59,179 bases of DNA from Candidatus Shapirobacteria bacterium (GTDB lineage Bacteria; Patescibacteriota; Microgenomatia; UBA12405): assembly GCA_041666965.1 (NCBI GenBank), contig JBAYFX010000003.1, positions 1 to 59,179 of the forward strand, given 5' to 3'. Below the pieces are notes generated by a model. It had not been told where the DNA came from. It saw only the letters and a list, made by a program, of their open reading frames with translations, and made no database searches. The stretch's first letter is position 1. Every line of letters begins with the position of its first letter. A program made the translations under genes and the position numbers. Of the stretch, positions 37,162-46,117 are shown in pieces.

Positions 37162-37944
37162 ATGACTATGAACAACAAAGCAAACAAACGGACATCGTGG
37201 GATAACGTCGCTAACTGGTACGACAGTGAGGTGGGAGATAGAGGTCATTATTATCACCAAAAAGTAATTCTTCCAAACATAATTCGGCTGGCAAATATTA
37301 ACGAAAAATGCCGAGTTTTAGATATTGGGTGCGGTCAGGGAATTTTGGGAAAACAGATTGATTCGAATATTGAATATGTGGGAATTGATATATCACCTAA
37401 GCTAGTTGAAATTGCCAGACAAAGTGATTCATTAAAAAATCATACATACATAGTTGGTGATGCGACCAAAAATATTGAAATAAACGGAAAATTTGAGAGG
37501 ATATTTTTTATTTTGTCACTTCAAAATATGGCTCAACCTTATTTGGTTATTAAAAATGCTGTTGAAAAACTGAGTGATGACGGTAAATTATTAGTGGTTC
37601 TTAACCACCCGTGTTTTAGAATCCCCCAAAATAGTGACTGGGGGTTTGACACAAAACTCCAACGCCAGTATCGAAAAATTTTTCGTTATTACCAACCTCT
37701 TAAAGCAGAAATTAAAGCCAGCCCGTTTAAGCAAACTTCCGAATTAAGCACTTGGTCATTTCATTACCCTCTTTCTACTTATTCAGAAATGATGTTTGAT
37801 AATGGGCTAAGCATTTCCAAGATTGAAGAATGGGTATCTCCCAAAACCAGTATCGGTGGCAGGGCTGTAGCTGAAAATATTGCCAGGGCAGAAATTCCTT
37901 TATTTCTAACGATAGTAGCTCAAAAAGCCAGAGGTGTTTTATAA
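37162..37944 (+). CDS. Class I SAM-dependent methyltransferase
   Basis: Motif I VLDIGCGQGILG and post-I motif YVGIDIS. Confidence 0.8.
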   Translation: MTMNNKANKRTSWDNVANWYDSEVGDRGHYYHQKVILPNIIRLANINEKCRVLDIGCGQGILGKQIDSNIEYVGIDISPKLVEIARQSDSLKNHTYIVGDATKNIEINGKFERIFFILSLQNMAQPYLVIKNAVEKLSDDGKLLVVLNHPCFRIPQNSDWGFDTKLQRQYRKIFRYYQPLKAEIKASPFKQTSELSTWSFHYPLSTYSEMMFDNGLSISKIEEWVSPKTSIGGRAVAENIARAEIPLFLTIVAQKARGVL

Positions 37945-37950
37945 TCAATA

Positions 37951-38148
37951 ATGAACTTTAAATGGTTATGGTCGGTTTTAATAATTATGGGGTTATTGCT
38001 GGTAATATTTATTGACGGCCAGAGTCAAGTTAAGGCAATAGAGAGTTGCAAAAACTTAAGAATTATTCCATTGACAGAAAAATATTTTACATTTAAGGGT
38101 ATTTATGATTTGGTTGAAAAAGGAAGTTATCAACCCAAATGCCTTTAG
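37951..38148 (+). CDS. Small hypothetical membrane/secreted protein (65 aa)
   Basis: One N-terminal hydrophobic helix. Its 3' end overlaps the convergent OFOR beta gene by 4 nt. Confidence 0.3.
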   Translation: MNFKWLWSVLIIMGLLLVIFIDGQSQVKAIESCKNLRIIPLTEKYFTFKGIYDLVEKGSYQPKCL

Positions 38149-38762
38149 GCGTGAATTTGCTTGCCAAAGGTAATACATACCTGACGGATATCAACCAGAG
38201 AGAACCCCGGGAATGCTAATGCTTCAGAAATGGCGTCTATAACTGACTTTGGGTCCGTTCCCGAAACTGACTTGACAAAAGCATTAGGGTTGGATGCATT
38301 AATAAGGGTAATCGGATCAACTGGAAGGGAAGGTGAACCCAATGGAGTTGACTTGGTGCGCGAGCCCTGAGGAGTAGTGGGAGAAGTTTGACCAGTAGTT
38401 AAACTATAGAGTTGGTTATTGGCTACTAAAACCGTGAGGGGGTAATTAGCGCGAGCAGTCGCCAGAAGATGATTTAAACCTTCGCCATAGATTCCCCCAT
38501 CCCCACCAACGGCAACAACTTTCAACTTGGGGTTGGCTAAACGGACTCCCAGGGCGGTTGGAACACAGCGCCCATGAAGTGAGTGGATGGCATAAGAAGA
38601 AAAATTATCAGCCATATTACCAACACAACCAATATCGTAAACAAAAACCATATCTTTAGCGGGAATATTTAAAGTAGCCACGGCTTGGCGAATACCAGCA
38701 TATATTAAGAAGTTGTGACATCCAGGGCACCAAGTAGGGGGATTGGCAGGACTAAGAGACAT
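38145..38762 (-). CDS. 2-oxoacid:ferredoxin oxidoreductase beta (TPP-binding) subunit, short (205 aa)
   Basis: TWCPGCHNF and the TPP-binding GGDGGIYGEGLNHL...NNQLYSLTTGQ. Confidence 0.8.
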   Translation of the reverse strand: MSLSPANPPTWCPGCHNFLIYAGIRQAVATLNIPAKDMVFVYDIGCVGNMADNFSSYAIHSLHGRCVPTALGVRLANPKLKVVAVGGDGGIYGEGLNHLLATARANYPLTVLVANNQLYSLTTGQTSPTTPQGSRTKSTPLGSPSLPVDPITLINASNPNAFVKSVSGTDPKSVIDAISEALAFPGFSLVDIRQVCITFGKQIHA

Positions 38763-40350
38763 AAGGCTTTAAATATTTAACGACTTGTTCGGGATAAATA
38801 GGCCGACCATCGAAATTTAACAATGTCGATGTGGGTTTAAAGGGAAAGGCAGTGGATAATAATGTGGACAGTTGGGAAGTGGCATTGTTTTCAATAACCA
38901 GAATATTTTTAAAAGGTTTGAGCATAAGTGACCAATTAGGGTTTATGGGCCAAAGTGAGGGAAAGTGGAGTAAACCAATTTTTGACGGGTTTTTTAACAT
39001 GTTTAGTGCTTCAAGTACCGCCATTTTGGTTGACCCCCAAGTTAGAACCAAGGTTTTGGCCTGGTCGGAACCATAAAAAGTTGGCTTTGGTAAATACTTA
39101 AGTATTTTCTTAGAAAGTGATAAACGAGTGGTTACTACTTTTTTTACGAGTGACGCATCTTCGATGGAAAAACCGTTTTGATCATGCTCATAACTATTAG
39201 CCATATAAAAAGAATCGTTGGAACCAGGAAGATGACGTGGTGTGCGGATTACTTTGGGAATATAGGTGGGTGGAGTAAAGCTGGCACTTGATTCGGCTAA
39301 CAGTTTGTCAGTTAAAACAATAACCGGGACATCAAAACGAGCAGCCAGATTTAAGGCGTCAATAGCCGCGTGGTATGACTCGACATGAGTACCCGGAGTA
39401 AGGACAATTTTATTAAATTCACCATGGCCACTAAAAACAGCATGGAGCAAGTCGCCTTGGGCTGTCCAAGTGGGTAAACCGGTAGCCGGACCTGGGCGCG
39501 AGGCTAGGTAAAAAACCACCCCAAGGTTGGCTACCCCGCAAAAACTAATAGTTTCATTCATGAGAGCAAATCCCCCGCCACTTGTACCAACCGCTGCCCG
39601 GGCACCAGCAAAAGCAGCACCTACGGCCAAAGAAGCTGACGAAATTTCGTCTTCAGGATGCAAAACTGTAATTGAATGAGTTAACTGTTTTTGAGCTAAA
39701 AAATGCAGGAGACCGGTGCTGGGAGTCATGGGATAGGCGGCATAAAAGTTGCCATTACCTGCCAAGAACCCATACCCAAATGCTTCCGAACCATCAACTA
39801 TTAGTGCTTTTTTTAAAGGCTTGTTATGTTTAATAGTAAAAATATTTTGATATTGGACAAAGTTATTTTGTGCATATTCAAAGCCAGCATCGAAAGCAGT
39901 TAGATTAGGAGAATCGAGACTAAAAGTGTTAATAATTTCCGAGTGACAAATCGAGGGATTAAGTCCAAAACAATAGGCAATAACACCAAGGGCAACTGTA
40001 TTGGTGTAGATTGAACCGCCCAGCGGTTTAACTAAATCAGAGAATGGCAAAACCAAGGGAGCATCCGGACCAAAAACAAGACTTTTTTTCGTTAACTCTG
40101 ATTTATGTAATTGCCAATGACTAGTCTCTAAACTAATTAATAGATTTAATTGAAAATGAATGGAGGATACAGCGGCGTGACTAAAACTAACCTGGTAAGT
40201 GTTGTGACCTCCGCGGACTAACGATGGGTACTCGGAGTAATCTATCAAATGCTGTCCGTGAGACAGGAGGATGCGTGAAAGCAACAGACCTCCGGATTTG
40301 ATACCCGCGCCAGCCGGGCCGACAATTTTAATAGTAAAAACTGAAGACAT
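38752..40350 (-). CDS. 2-oxoacid:ferredoxin oxidoreductase alpha subunit with a fused N-terminal gamma domain
   Basis: The N-terminus IKIVGPAGAGIKSGG...YPSLVRGGHN is gamma-like. It is followed by the alpha core (AAYPMTPST, GTSGGGFALM). No ferredoxin-like delta domain is seen. Confidence 0.8.
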   Translation of the reverse strand: MSSVFTIKIVGPAGAGIKSGGLLLSRILLSHGQHLIDYSEYPSLVRGGHNTYQVSFSHAAVSSIHFQLNLLISLETSHWQLHKSELTKKSLVFGPDAPLVLPFSDLVKPLGGSIYTNTVALGVIAYCFGLNPSICHSEIINTFSLDSPNLTAFDAGFEYAQNNFVQYQNIFTIKHNKPLKKALIVDGSEAFGYGFLAGNGNFYAAYPMTPSTGLLHFLAQKQLTHSITVLHPEDEISSASLAVGAAFAGARAAVGTSGGGFALMNETISFCGVANLGVVFYLASRPGPATGLPTWTAQGDLLHAVFSGHGEFNKIVLTPGTHVESYHAAIDALNLAARFDVPVIVLTDKLLAESSASFTPPTYIPKVIRTPRHLPGSNDSFYMANSYEHDQNGFSIEDASLVKKVVTTRLSLSKKILKYLPKPTFYGSDQAKTLVLTWGSTKMAVLEALNMLKNPSKIGLLHFPSLWPINPNWSLMLKPFKNILVIENNATSQLSTLLSTAFPFKPTSTLLNFDGRPIYPEQVVKYLKPYVS

Positions 40351-40362
40351 GATTCGATTGTA

Positions 40363-40686
40363 TCAACTAAAGAACGGGTTATTAAACACAAAAAGATGGG
40401 CGGATAGTTTTACCCGTCCTTCAGGGGTAAAAGTTATACCTTCAAACTCCAGACGATGCCGCTGAGCTTCACTTCCCCCAAAAGAATAGTTTGCTGCCAA
40501 TGATCCATCTTTAAAAACAACTCGGTGACAGGGAATCGATGTGTCCTGATTACCCCGAATAGCAAAACCAACTAAGCGTGAATTTTTATATCCTAGAGCT
40601 CGGGCAATTGTGCCATAAGTAGCAACAAACCCAGGCGGTATAAGACAAACTAAACCGCGAATGCGATTAAAAACGGTGGCGGGCAT
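40363..40686 (-). CDS. MGMT-family (O6-alkylguanine-DNA alkyltransferase C-domain) protein with an intact PCHR site
   Basis: 107 aa. VATYGTIARALG (helix-turn-helix) and IPCHRVV, the active-site Cys motif. Confidence 0.75.
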   Translation of the reverse strand: MPATVFNRIRGLVCLIPPGFVATYGTIARALGYKNSRLVGFAIRGNQDTSIPCHRVVFKDGSLAANYSFGGSEAQRHRLEFEGITFTPEGRVKLSAHLFVFNNPFFS

Positions 40687-40896
40687 AGATCAGAGTACCA
40701 AATACTTTAACAACCAAGAGGTTGGTAACAATTTAATAACTGTTGATTATTAAACACCAGCAAAAATCATGAATAGACTTTAGGTTAGAAATTCGTATGA
40801 AATTTCCTTGATACAACTTAATATTTCTTGTTCTATTTTTTAGCAAACCCGAAAGGATTTTTAGTACAAATTGGTTAAGTTTTGTGAGGGGTGAAC

Positions 40897-42405
40897 CTAG
40901 GGAGAAACATTAGATCGGATAATTACCCGCCAACCATCATTCTCAAAACTTTTAACAATTTTTGAAGTAGATATGGCGGAAGAAATGAATGTCATTTGGG
41001 AGTTAACAATATCGGCCTCCATTTGAGGAGTTACGGCTAAATAATTTATGTTGCGGGGATTGCCAGACAATAATTGATTTTTAATGGTAGGATCGGTTTC
41101 GATTTTCCAATAGTAATAAACATATTTAAAATTTTGTTTATTACTGATGACCATATCCAAATACATAGGTTGATCAATGGCCCAAAAAGAATTAGGTTGA
41201 CTTTGAGTTAAAACCCAATTTGTGGCTTCAATTTGGGATTTGGTTTGATCGGAGGTAAAAAGATTAAATCCTCCCCGAGTTTTAGTTCCAAAATAGGCCA
41301 GATTGATTATTAAAATGAAGGTGAGCAAAATAAAATAAAGTTTTAAGTTGCCCCAGTTGTCAGATATGGTTTTAAGAAAGGTGGCTACTGACAGTGATAA
41401 AAATGGAATTAGCGGAATTAAATAAAATTCAAAAATTATTCCTCCCCGAAGAAAAAATAACAACATAGGCAAAATAAACAGTAGAGAAAAATGATTTAGT
41501 CGGAATTTGAAAGATAAAATAATATTTGCCAACAGGCTAGAGAAACCAAAGGCTAATAAGAGTGGATCTTCGTGAAACCAAAGCCTAATATTTTGCTGGA
41601 AGGCGCTTCCTGGTGAAAACGGAGACCCACCGGATCGCCCTAATTGGTTCCGGAAGGAACCAACTAAACTAGGGTGTGGGCTAAATTCAGAACCAAACAT
41701 TCCTGGCGGGAAAAGTTGACCCTGAGAATATGCCCATAACGGATAAATTGACCCCACTAAACCGACGATAAACAACCAAAAAATAACAGAACGGAAACGA
41801 GAAATATTTGGAGTAAGTGACAGCAGATAAATGAAAGCGGGTATAAAAAAGATAGCTGTCTCTTTTGTCATCAGAGCAATTCCAAAGGTAACTGCGCAAA
41901 GAGTTCGTCCGAGCTTGGTTTGGCGGTAAGTTAAGAAGTAGAGGGAAAACATTATCCAGAAAACCATAATATTGTCGAGCAATACCCGGCGGTGGTAATA
42001 AATAGATAGTGGGGTTAGCGAAAAGAATAGTAGGGCGATAGAGGCAGTTAAGTAACTTTGAGATAATTTTTTAGAAACCAGAAATATGAAAAGAGATGTA
42101 AATAAATGCAATAGCAGCATTAATACCCGGCCGGAATTAATAGCATAGCCAAAAGTTTGAAAACCTCCGCTAACAACAGACCAGAGAGCAATTAACAGCC
42201 AACCGGCTGGCGCATGATCATAGGTGTAAACATAGGGCGAAAGACGGCCTTGGGTTGCTACCGACCAAGCTTGGGACATGTAAGTGCCCTCATCACTTTC
42301 GTAATAAGGAAAGTGGAAAAAATTTATGCCAACCGCCAAAACCGAGACGATTAACAGAACAGGGAGCAAGGGATTATTTAGCAGATTACGGAAAAGGATA
42401 GTCAT
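40897..42405 (-). CDS. GT-C fold membrane glycosyltransferase (GT39/PMT_2-like), paralog 3
   Basis: 502 aa with about 11 TM helices and a first-loop acidic motif, PYYESDEGTY. Confidence 0.65.
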   Translation of the reverse strand: MTILFRNLLNNPLLPVLLIVSVLAVGINFFHFPYYESDEGTYMSQAWSVATQGRLSPYVYTYDHAPAGWLLIALWSVVSGGFQTFGYAINSGRVLMLLLHLFTSLFIFLVSKKLSQSYLTASIALLFFSLTPLSIYYHRRVLLDNIMVFWIMFSLYFLTYRQTKLGRTLCAVTFGIALMTKETAIFFIPAFIYLLSLTPNISRFRSVIFWLFIVGLVGSIYPLWAYSQGQLFPPGMFGSEFSPHPSLVGSFRNQLGRSGGSPFSPGSAFQQNIRLWFHEDPLLLAFGFSSLLANIILSFKFRLNHFSLLFILPMLLFFLRGGIIFEFYLIPLIPFLSLSVATFLKTISDNWGNLKLYFILLTFILIINLAYFGTKTRGGFNLFTSDQTKSQIEATNWVLTQSQPNSFWAIDQPMYLDMVISNKQNFKYVYYYWKIETDPTIKNQLLSGNPRNINYLAVTPQMEADIVNSQMTFISSAISTSKIVKSFENDGWRVIIRSNVSP

Positions 42406-42508
42406 ATTGCAGGTGTGATGATATGGGGTAAATGGTAATTTTATGTAAGAAACAATAAAGGAAAAGACTGGTTCAGGGAATATTCAGCAAAAAGCTTATA
42501 ATTGAAGT

Positions 42509-43168
42509 ATGAAAGTGTTGATTGTTGAAGACGAACACCGAATAGCCAGCGCCATTAAAAAAGGTTTGGAGCAGGAAAAAATGGTGACTGACGTGGCTTA
42601 TGATGGGGTTGAGGGTTTAGATTTGGCTATGGAGGGCAGTTATGATGTAATTTTAATGGATTTAATGCTACCCGGAATGGATGGAATGAAGGTGGTAGAA
42701 AACTTAAGAAACTCACAAATAAACACACCGATCCTGATGCTAACCGCCAGAGGCCAAATTGAAGATAAGGTTAATGGGTTAGGGGTCGGAGCAGATGATT
42801 ATTTAACCAAACCTTTCGCCTTTGAAGAATTACTTGCTAGGATAAGAGCGTTAACTAGACGGCCAAAAGTAATTGAATCTACAAATATGAGGGCGGGTGA
42901 TGTAATTATGAACAAGGATAATTTCGAAGTAATAATTAATGGCACGAGAACCCCACTTTCAGCCAAAGAGTATGGACTTTTGGAATATATGATGAAAAAT
43001 AAAGGCAAGACATTGACCAAAGACCAGATTCGGGAACATGTTTGGAATTACGATAGTAATATTTTGCCTAATACGATTGAGGTATATATTAAAAAATTAA
43101 GAGCAAAAAAAGTTAGTATTGACACGGTAAGAGGATTTGGCTACAGATTAAGGGACGTAAATGTTTAG
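42509..43168 (+). CDS. OmpR-family response regulator
   Basis: Receiver domain (MKVLIVEDE, DVILMDLMLPGMDG, KPF) and a winged-helix output domain (VRGFGYRL). Confidence 0.9.
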   Translation: MKVLIVEDEHRIASAIKKGLEQEKMVTDVAYDGVEGLDLAMEGSYDVILMDLMLPGMDGMKVVENLRNSQINTPILMLTARGQIEDKVNGLGVGADDYLTKPFAFEELLARIRALTRRPKVIESTNMRAGDVIMNKDNFEVIINGTRTPLSAKEYGLLEYMMKNKGKTLTKDQIREHVWNYDSNILPNTIEVYIKKLRAKKVSIDTVRGFGYRLRDVNV

Positions 43169-44183
43169 CCAAGCCAGGTGGAAATTGACCGGGTGGTATG
43201 TACTGATTATTTGCTTAATATCACTTACTTTCAGTGCCATTATTTATAAACTGGTAGGAATTGAAATTGAAAGGTTGTCTTTTTTATCCAGAACCAGATG
43301 GGAACGAAGACTGGAACTAAGAGGGTTGGGACAGGACATGTTTCCACCACAGACGCTTATACCTCCATGGAGTGACCCGGATTTGGCCTTAGACGCCAAA
43401 AACAGATTACTGACCATTTTGGGTTTTGTTAATGGTGGCATTTTATTAATTTCGGGAGGACTGGCTTTTTTTCTATCGGGGCAAACGCTTAAACCGATTA
43501 AAGAAATGATGGAAGACCAAAACCGGTTTGTGGCCGATGCCTCACATGAATTGAAAACTCCCTTAACCTCACTGAAAAGCTCGTTTGAAGTATTTTTAAG
43601 AGAACCAAAACCAAAAATGGGCGAAGCCAGACAATTAGTGGCGGATAGCATAAATGACGTAAACCAGCTCCAGAAATTGAGTGAAAGCCTGCTGACTCTG
43701 GCCAGCAACAGAAACAGTACCAAACAAATAAACAAAACAAACCTTCAAGAAATGATGACAAAAATAATTAAAAAATATTCAACTGCCGCCAACAACAAAG
43801 ACATTAAATTGGTTAATCAAGTTAAGGCGGGGGAAGTTTGGGGAAATGACATGGAACTGAGTATTTTAGTAGGAAACATTATTGACAATGCCATTAAATA
43901 CAGCCATAAGAACGGGAGGGTAATAGTTAAAAGTATTGAAAATAAACGGGAAGTTGTATTAAGTATTAAAGATGAGGGGATTGGAATTGCCTCAAAAGAT
44001 TTGCCGCATATTTTCAAACGCTTTTACCGGGCTGACAAAGCCAGAAGCCACAATCAGGCGGGAGGTTATGGATTGGGTCTAGCCATGGCGCATAAAATTG
44101 CCCAAAATAATAAAATCCAAATAGGAGTAAAGAGTCAAATAGGAAAAGGCAGTTTATTTTCAGTTACTTTTCAGAAACAATAA
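43161..44183 (+). CDS. Sensor histidine kinase
   Basis: Two TM helices, H-box ASHELKTPLTSL, an N-box (NIIDNAIKYS) and a G-box (GYGLGLAMA). Overlaps the regulator gene by 8 nt. Confidence 0.9.
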   Translation: MFSQARWKLTGWYVLIICLISLTFSAIIYKLVGIEIERLSFLSRTRWERRLELRGLGQDMFPPQTLIPPWSDPDLALDAKNRLLTILGFVNGGILLISGGLAFFLSGQTLKPIKEMMEDQNRFVADASHELKTPLTSLKSSFEVFLREPKPKMGEARQLVADSINDVNQLQKLSESLLTLASNRNSTKQINKTNLQEMMTKIIKKYSTAANNKDIKLVNQVKAGEVWGNDMELSILVGNIIDNAIKYSHKNGRVIVKSIENKREVVLSIKDEGIGIASKDLPHIFKRFYRADKARSHNQAGGYGLGLAMAHKIAQNNKIQIGVKSQIGKGSLFSVTFQKQ

Positions 44184-44195
44184 TTAAGATAAGCT

Positions 44196-45422
44196 ATGAG
44201 TCACTTTAAGAAATGGCCAATGGCAGTAAAATTAGGGCTAATTCTAGTAATTATTGCCACCGGTTGGTTTATGTGGAAAAGCAAAAGTAATAGTCAAAAA
44301 ACAGCAACAACCTACCAAACCAGTCAGGCGACTGTGGGAGACCTGATTGTGGCCGTAACCGCATCAGGCCAAGTGGCTACAAGTAATAGCCGGACAGTAA
44401 CTACCACTGCCTCAGGTGTAGTTAATAAAATATTTGTAACGGAGGGGCAAACAGTCAAAACCGGGACGCCATTAATGGAAATTGATTTGGACTTAAACGG
44501 GCGACAAAAACTTCAAGCAGCCTATTCCTCATACCAATCAGCTCAAAATAGTTTAAAAACAACTCAAGACAGAATATATGAGCTTGACAGTCAATTGGTG
44601 GCAACTAAAAACGTATTTACTAACCAATGGGCCAACCAGTCTCCAGACGACCCAACTTACATTCAAAAACATGACGCCATGCTATCGGCACAGGCGGCTT
44701 ATGACAACTTACAAAACAGCATTAAGCAACAAAAAGCAGCTCTAGAATCTTCCCGCCTTGCCTACCAAATGGCGGGGGCAACAGTGTATGCCCCCATTAC
44801 CGGAACGGTCAGTGCTATATCGCTGGCCCCGGGAATGATTTTGAATCCAACCAGTGATTCGGCTAATAGCAGTAATATTGAGAATAAAATCGCCATTGTT
44901 AAGACCGGGGCAACTCCGTCGGTAAGTGTGAGTCTGACGGAAATTGACGTTGTTAAAGTAAAAGTAGGTGACAAGGTAACGGTAACCCTAGACGCCTTTC
45001 CTGACAAAACCTATACAGGTAAAGTTATGGCGGTAGACTCAGCCGGAACTGTAAGTTCGGGCGTAGCCAGTTACCCAACAACAATCCAGCTGGATATTCA
45101 AGACACGTCAATATTACCTAACATGTCAGCTACCGCCAATATTATTACCAATGTAAAAAGCAGTGTAGTAATAATACCTATCGGGGCATTAGCAACTAGC
45201 GGGGAGGCAACAACGGTCAGGGTTATGAAAAATGGAGTAGTAGAAAATAAAAATGTAGAAGTTGGCCTAACGTCAGACACTGAAGCAGAAATAATATCAG
45301 GTATAAACGAGGGCGAAGAAGTAGTAACAGCGGTTATCAACCCAACAACTACAACCAGTAAGACTAGTAGTACATCAGTTTTTGGAGGACTAGGTGGAGG
45401 TGCTCAATTTCGGGCCAGATAA
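44196..45422 (+). CDS. HlyD/MacA-type periplasmic adaptor protein
   Basis: N-terminal TM helix, a lipoyl-like hairpin (GVVNKIFVTEGQTVKTGTPLMEID), a coiled coil and a beta-barrel domain. Confidence 0.75.
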   Translation: MSHFKKWPMAVKLGLILVIIATGWFMWKSKSNSQKTATTYQTSQATVGDLIVAVTASGQVATSNSRTVTTTASGVVNKIFVTEGQTVKTGTPLMEIDLDLNGRQKLQAAYSSYQSAQNSLKTTQDRIYELDSQLVATKNVFTNQWANQSPDDPTYIQKHDAMLSAQAAYDNLQNSIKQQKAALESSRLAYQMAGATVYAPITGTVSAISLAPGMILNPTSDSANSSNIENKIAIVKTGATPSVSVSLTEIDVVKVKVGDKVTVTLDAFPDKTYTGKVMAVDSAGTVSSGVASYPTTIQLDIQDTSILPNMSATANIITNVKSSVVIIPIGALATSGEATTVRVMKNGVVENKNVEVGLTSDTEAEIISGINEGEEVVTAVINPTTTTSKTSSTSVFGGLGGGAQFRAR

Positions 45423-45424
45423 AT

Positions 45425-46117
45425 ATGATGATAAAAATGAAGGGGATTACCAAAATTTACGCACATGACGGAGTGGAAACGGTGGCGTTGGCGGGAGTAA
45501 ACCTTAATGTGGAGGAAGGTGAATTTGTAGCTATTATGGGGCCGTCCGGATCAGGTAAGTCAACCTTAATGCATATTTTAGGAGCGCTTGACTCCCCCAC
45601 GGACGGACAATATTGGTTGGACAACCAAGATGTGTCAAGACTAAACGATGATGATTTGGCAGAAATTAGGAACAGGAAAATTGGATTTGTATTTCAAGCT
45701 TATAACTTACTTCCCAGAACATCAGCTTTAAAAAATGTCGAACTGCCTATGGCTTACGCGGAAATTGATAAAGAAAGAAGATTAATGAGAGCCAAGGAGC
45801 TGCTTGGGTTAGTAGGACTTGGGGACAGAATGGAACACTTAAGCAATCAACTGTCGGGGGGTCAGCAGCAGAGAGTAGCAATAGCCCGAGCACTGACAAT
45901 GGACCCAAAAATAGTACTGGCGGACGAACCTACGGGAAATATTGCCAGCCAACAGGCAGAAGAAATTATGAAAATTTTAAAAAAATTACATAAAGATGGC
46001 AGAACTATAGTTATGATTACCCACGAAGAGGATATTGCTAAATGGGCCAGCCGGGTAGTGACAATCCGCGACGGGAAAATTGTTGAAGACCGAAAAAGCG
46101 GAAGGAGGCTTAGGTGA
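45425..46117 (+). CDS. ABC transporter ATP-binding protein (MacB/LolD type)
   Basis: GPSGSGKST, LSGGQQQRVAIARAL and ILADEPTGN. Confidence 0.9.
   Translation: MMIKMKGITKIYAHDGVETVALAGVNLNVEEGEFVAIMGPSGSGKSTLMHILGALDSPTDGQYWLDNQDVSRLNDDDLAEIRNRKIGFVFQAYNLLPRTSALKNVELPMAYAEIDKERRLMRAKELLGLVGLGDRMEHLSNQLSGGQQQRVAIARALTMDPKIVLADEPTGNIASQQAEEIMKILKKLHKDGRTIVMITHEEDIAKWASRVVTIRDGKIVEDRKSGRRLR

Noticed and set aside
40687-40896. A 210-bp intergenic gap containing small hairpins (ACCAAgagGTTGGT, and AAACCCgaaaGGATTT followed by Ts). I considered it as a tRNA, sRNA or terminator.
   Set aside because: There is no cloverleaf-compatible sequence or T-loop motif. The hairpin followed by Ts is on the plus strand, where no gene ends nearby. 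The stems are only 5 bp.
43244-44017. Antisense ORFs within the histidine kinase gene: 43244-43735, 43498-43761 and 43817-44017.
   Set aside because: The plus-strand frame carries clear H, N and G boxes. The antisense products have no motifs and no start context.
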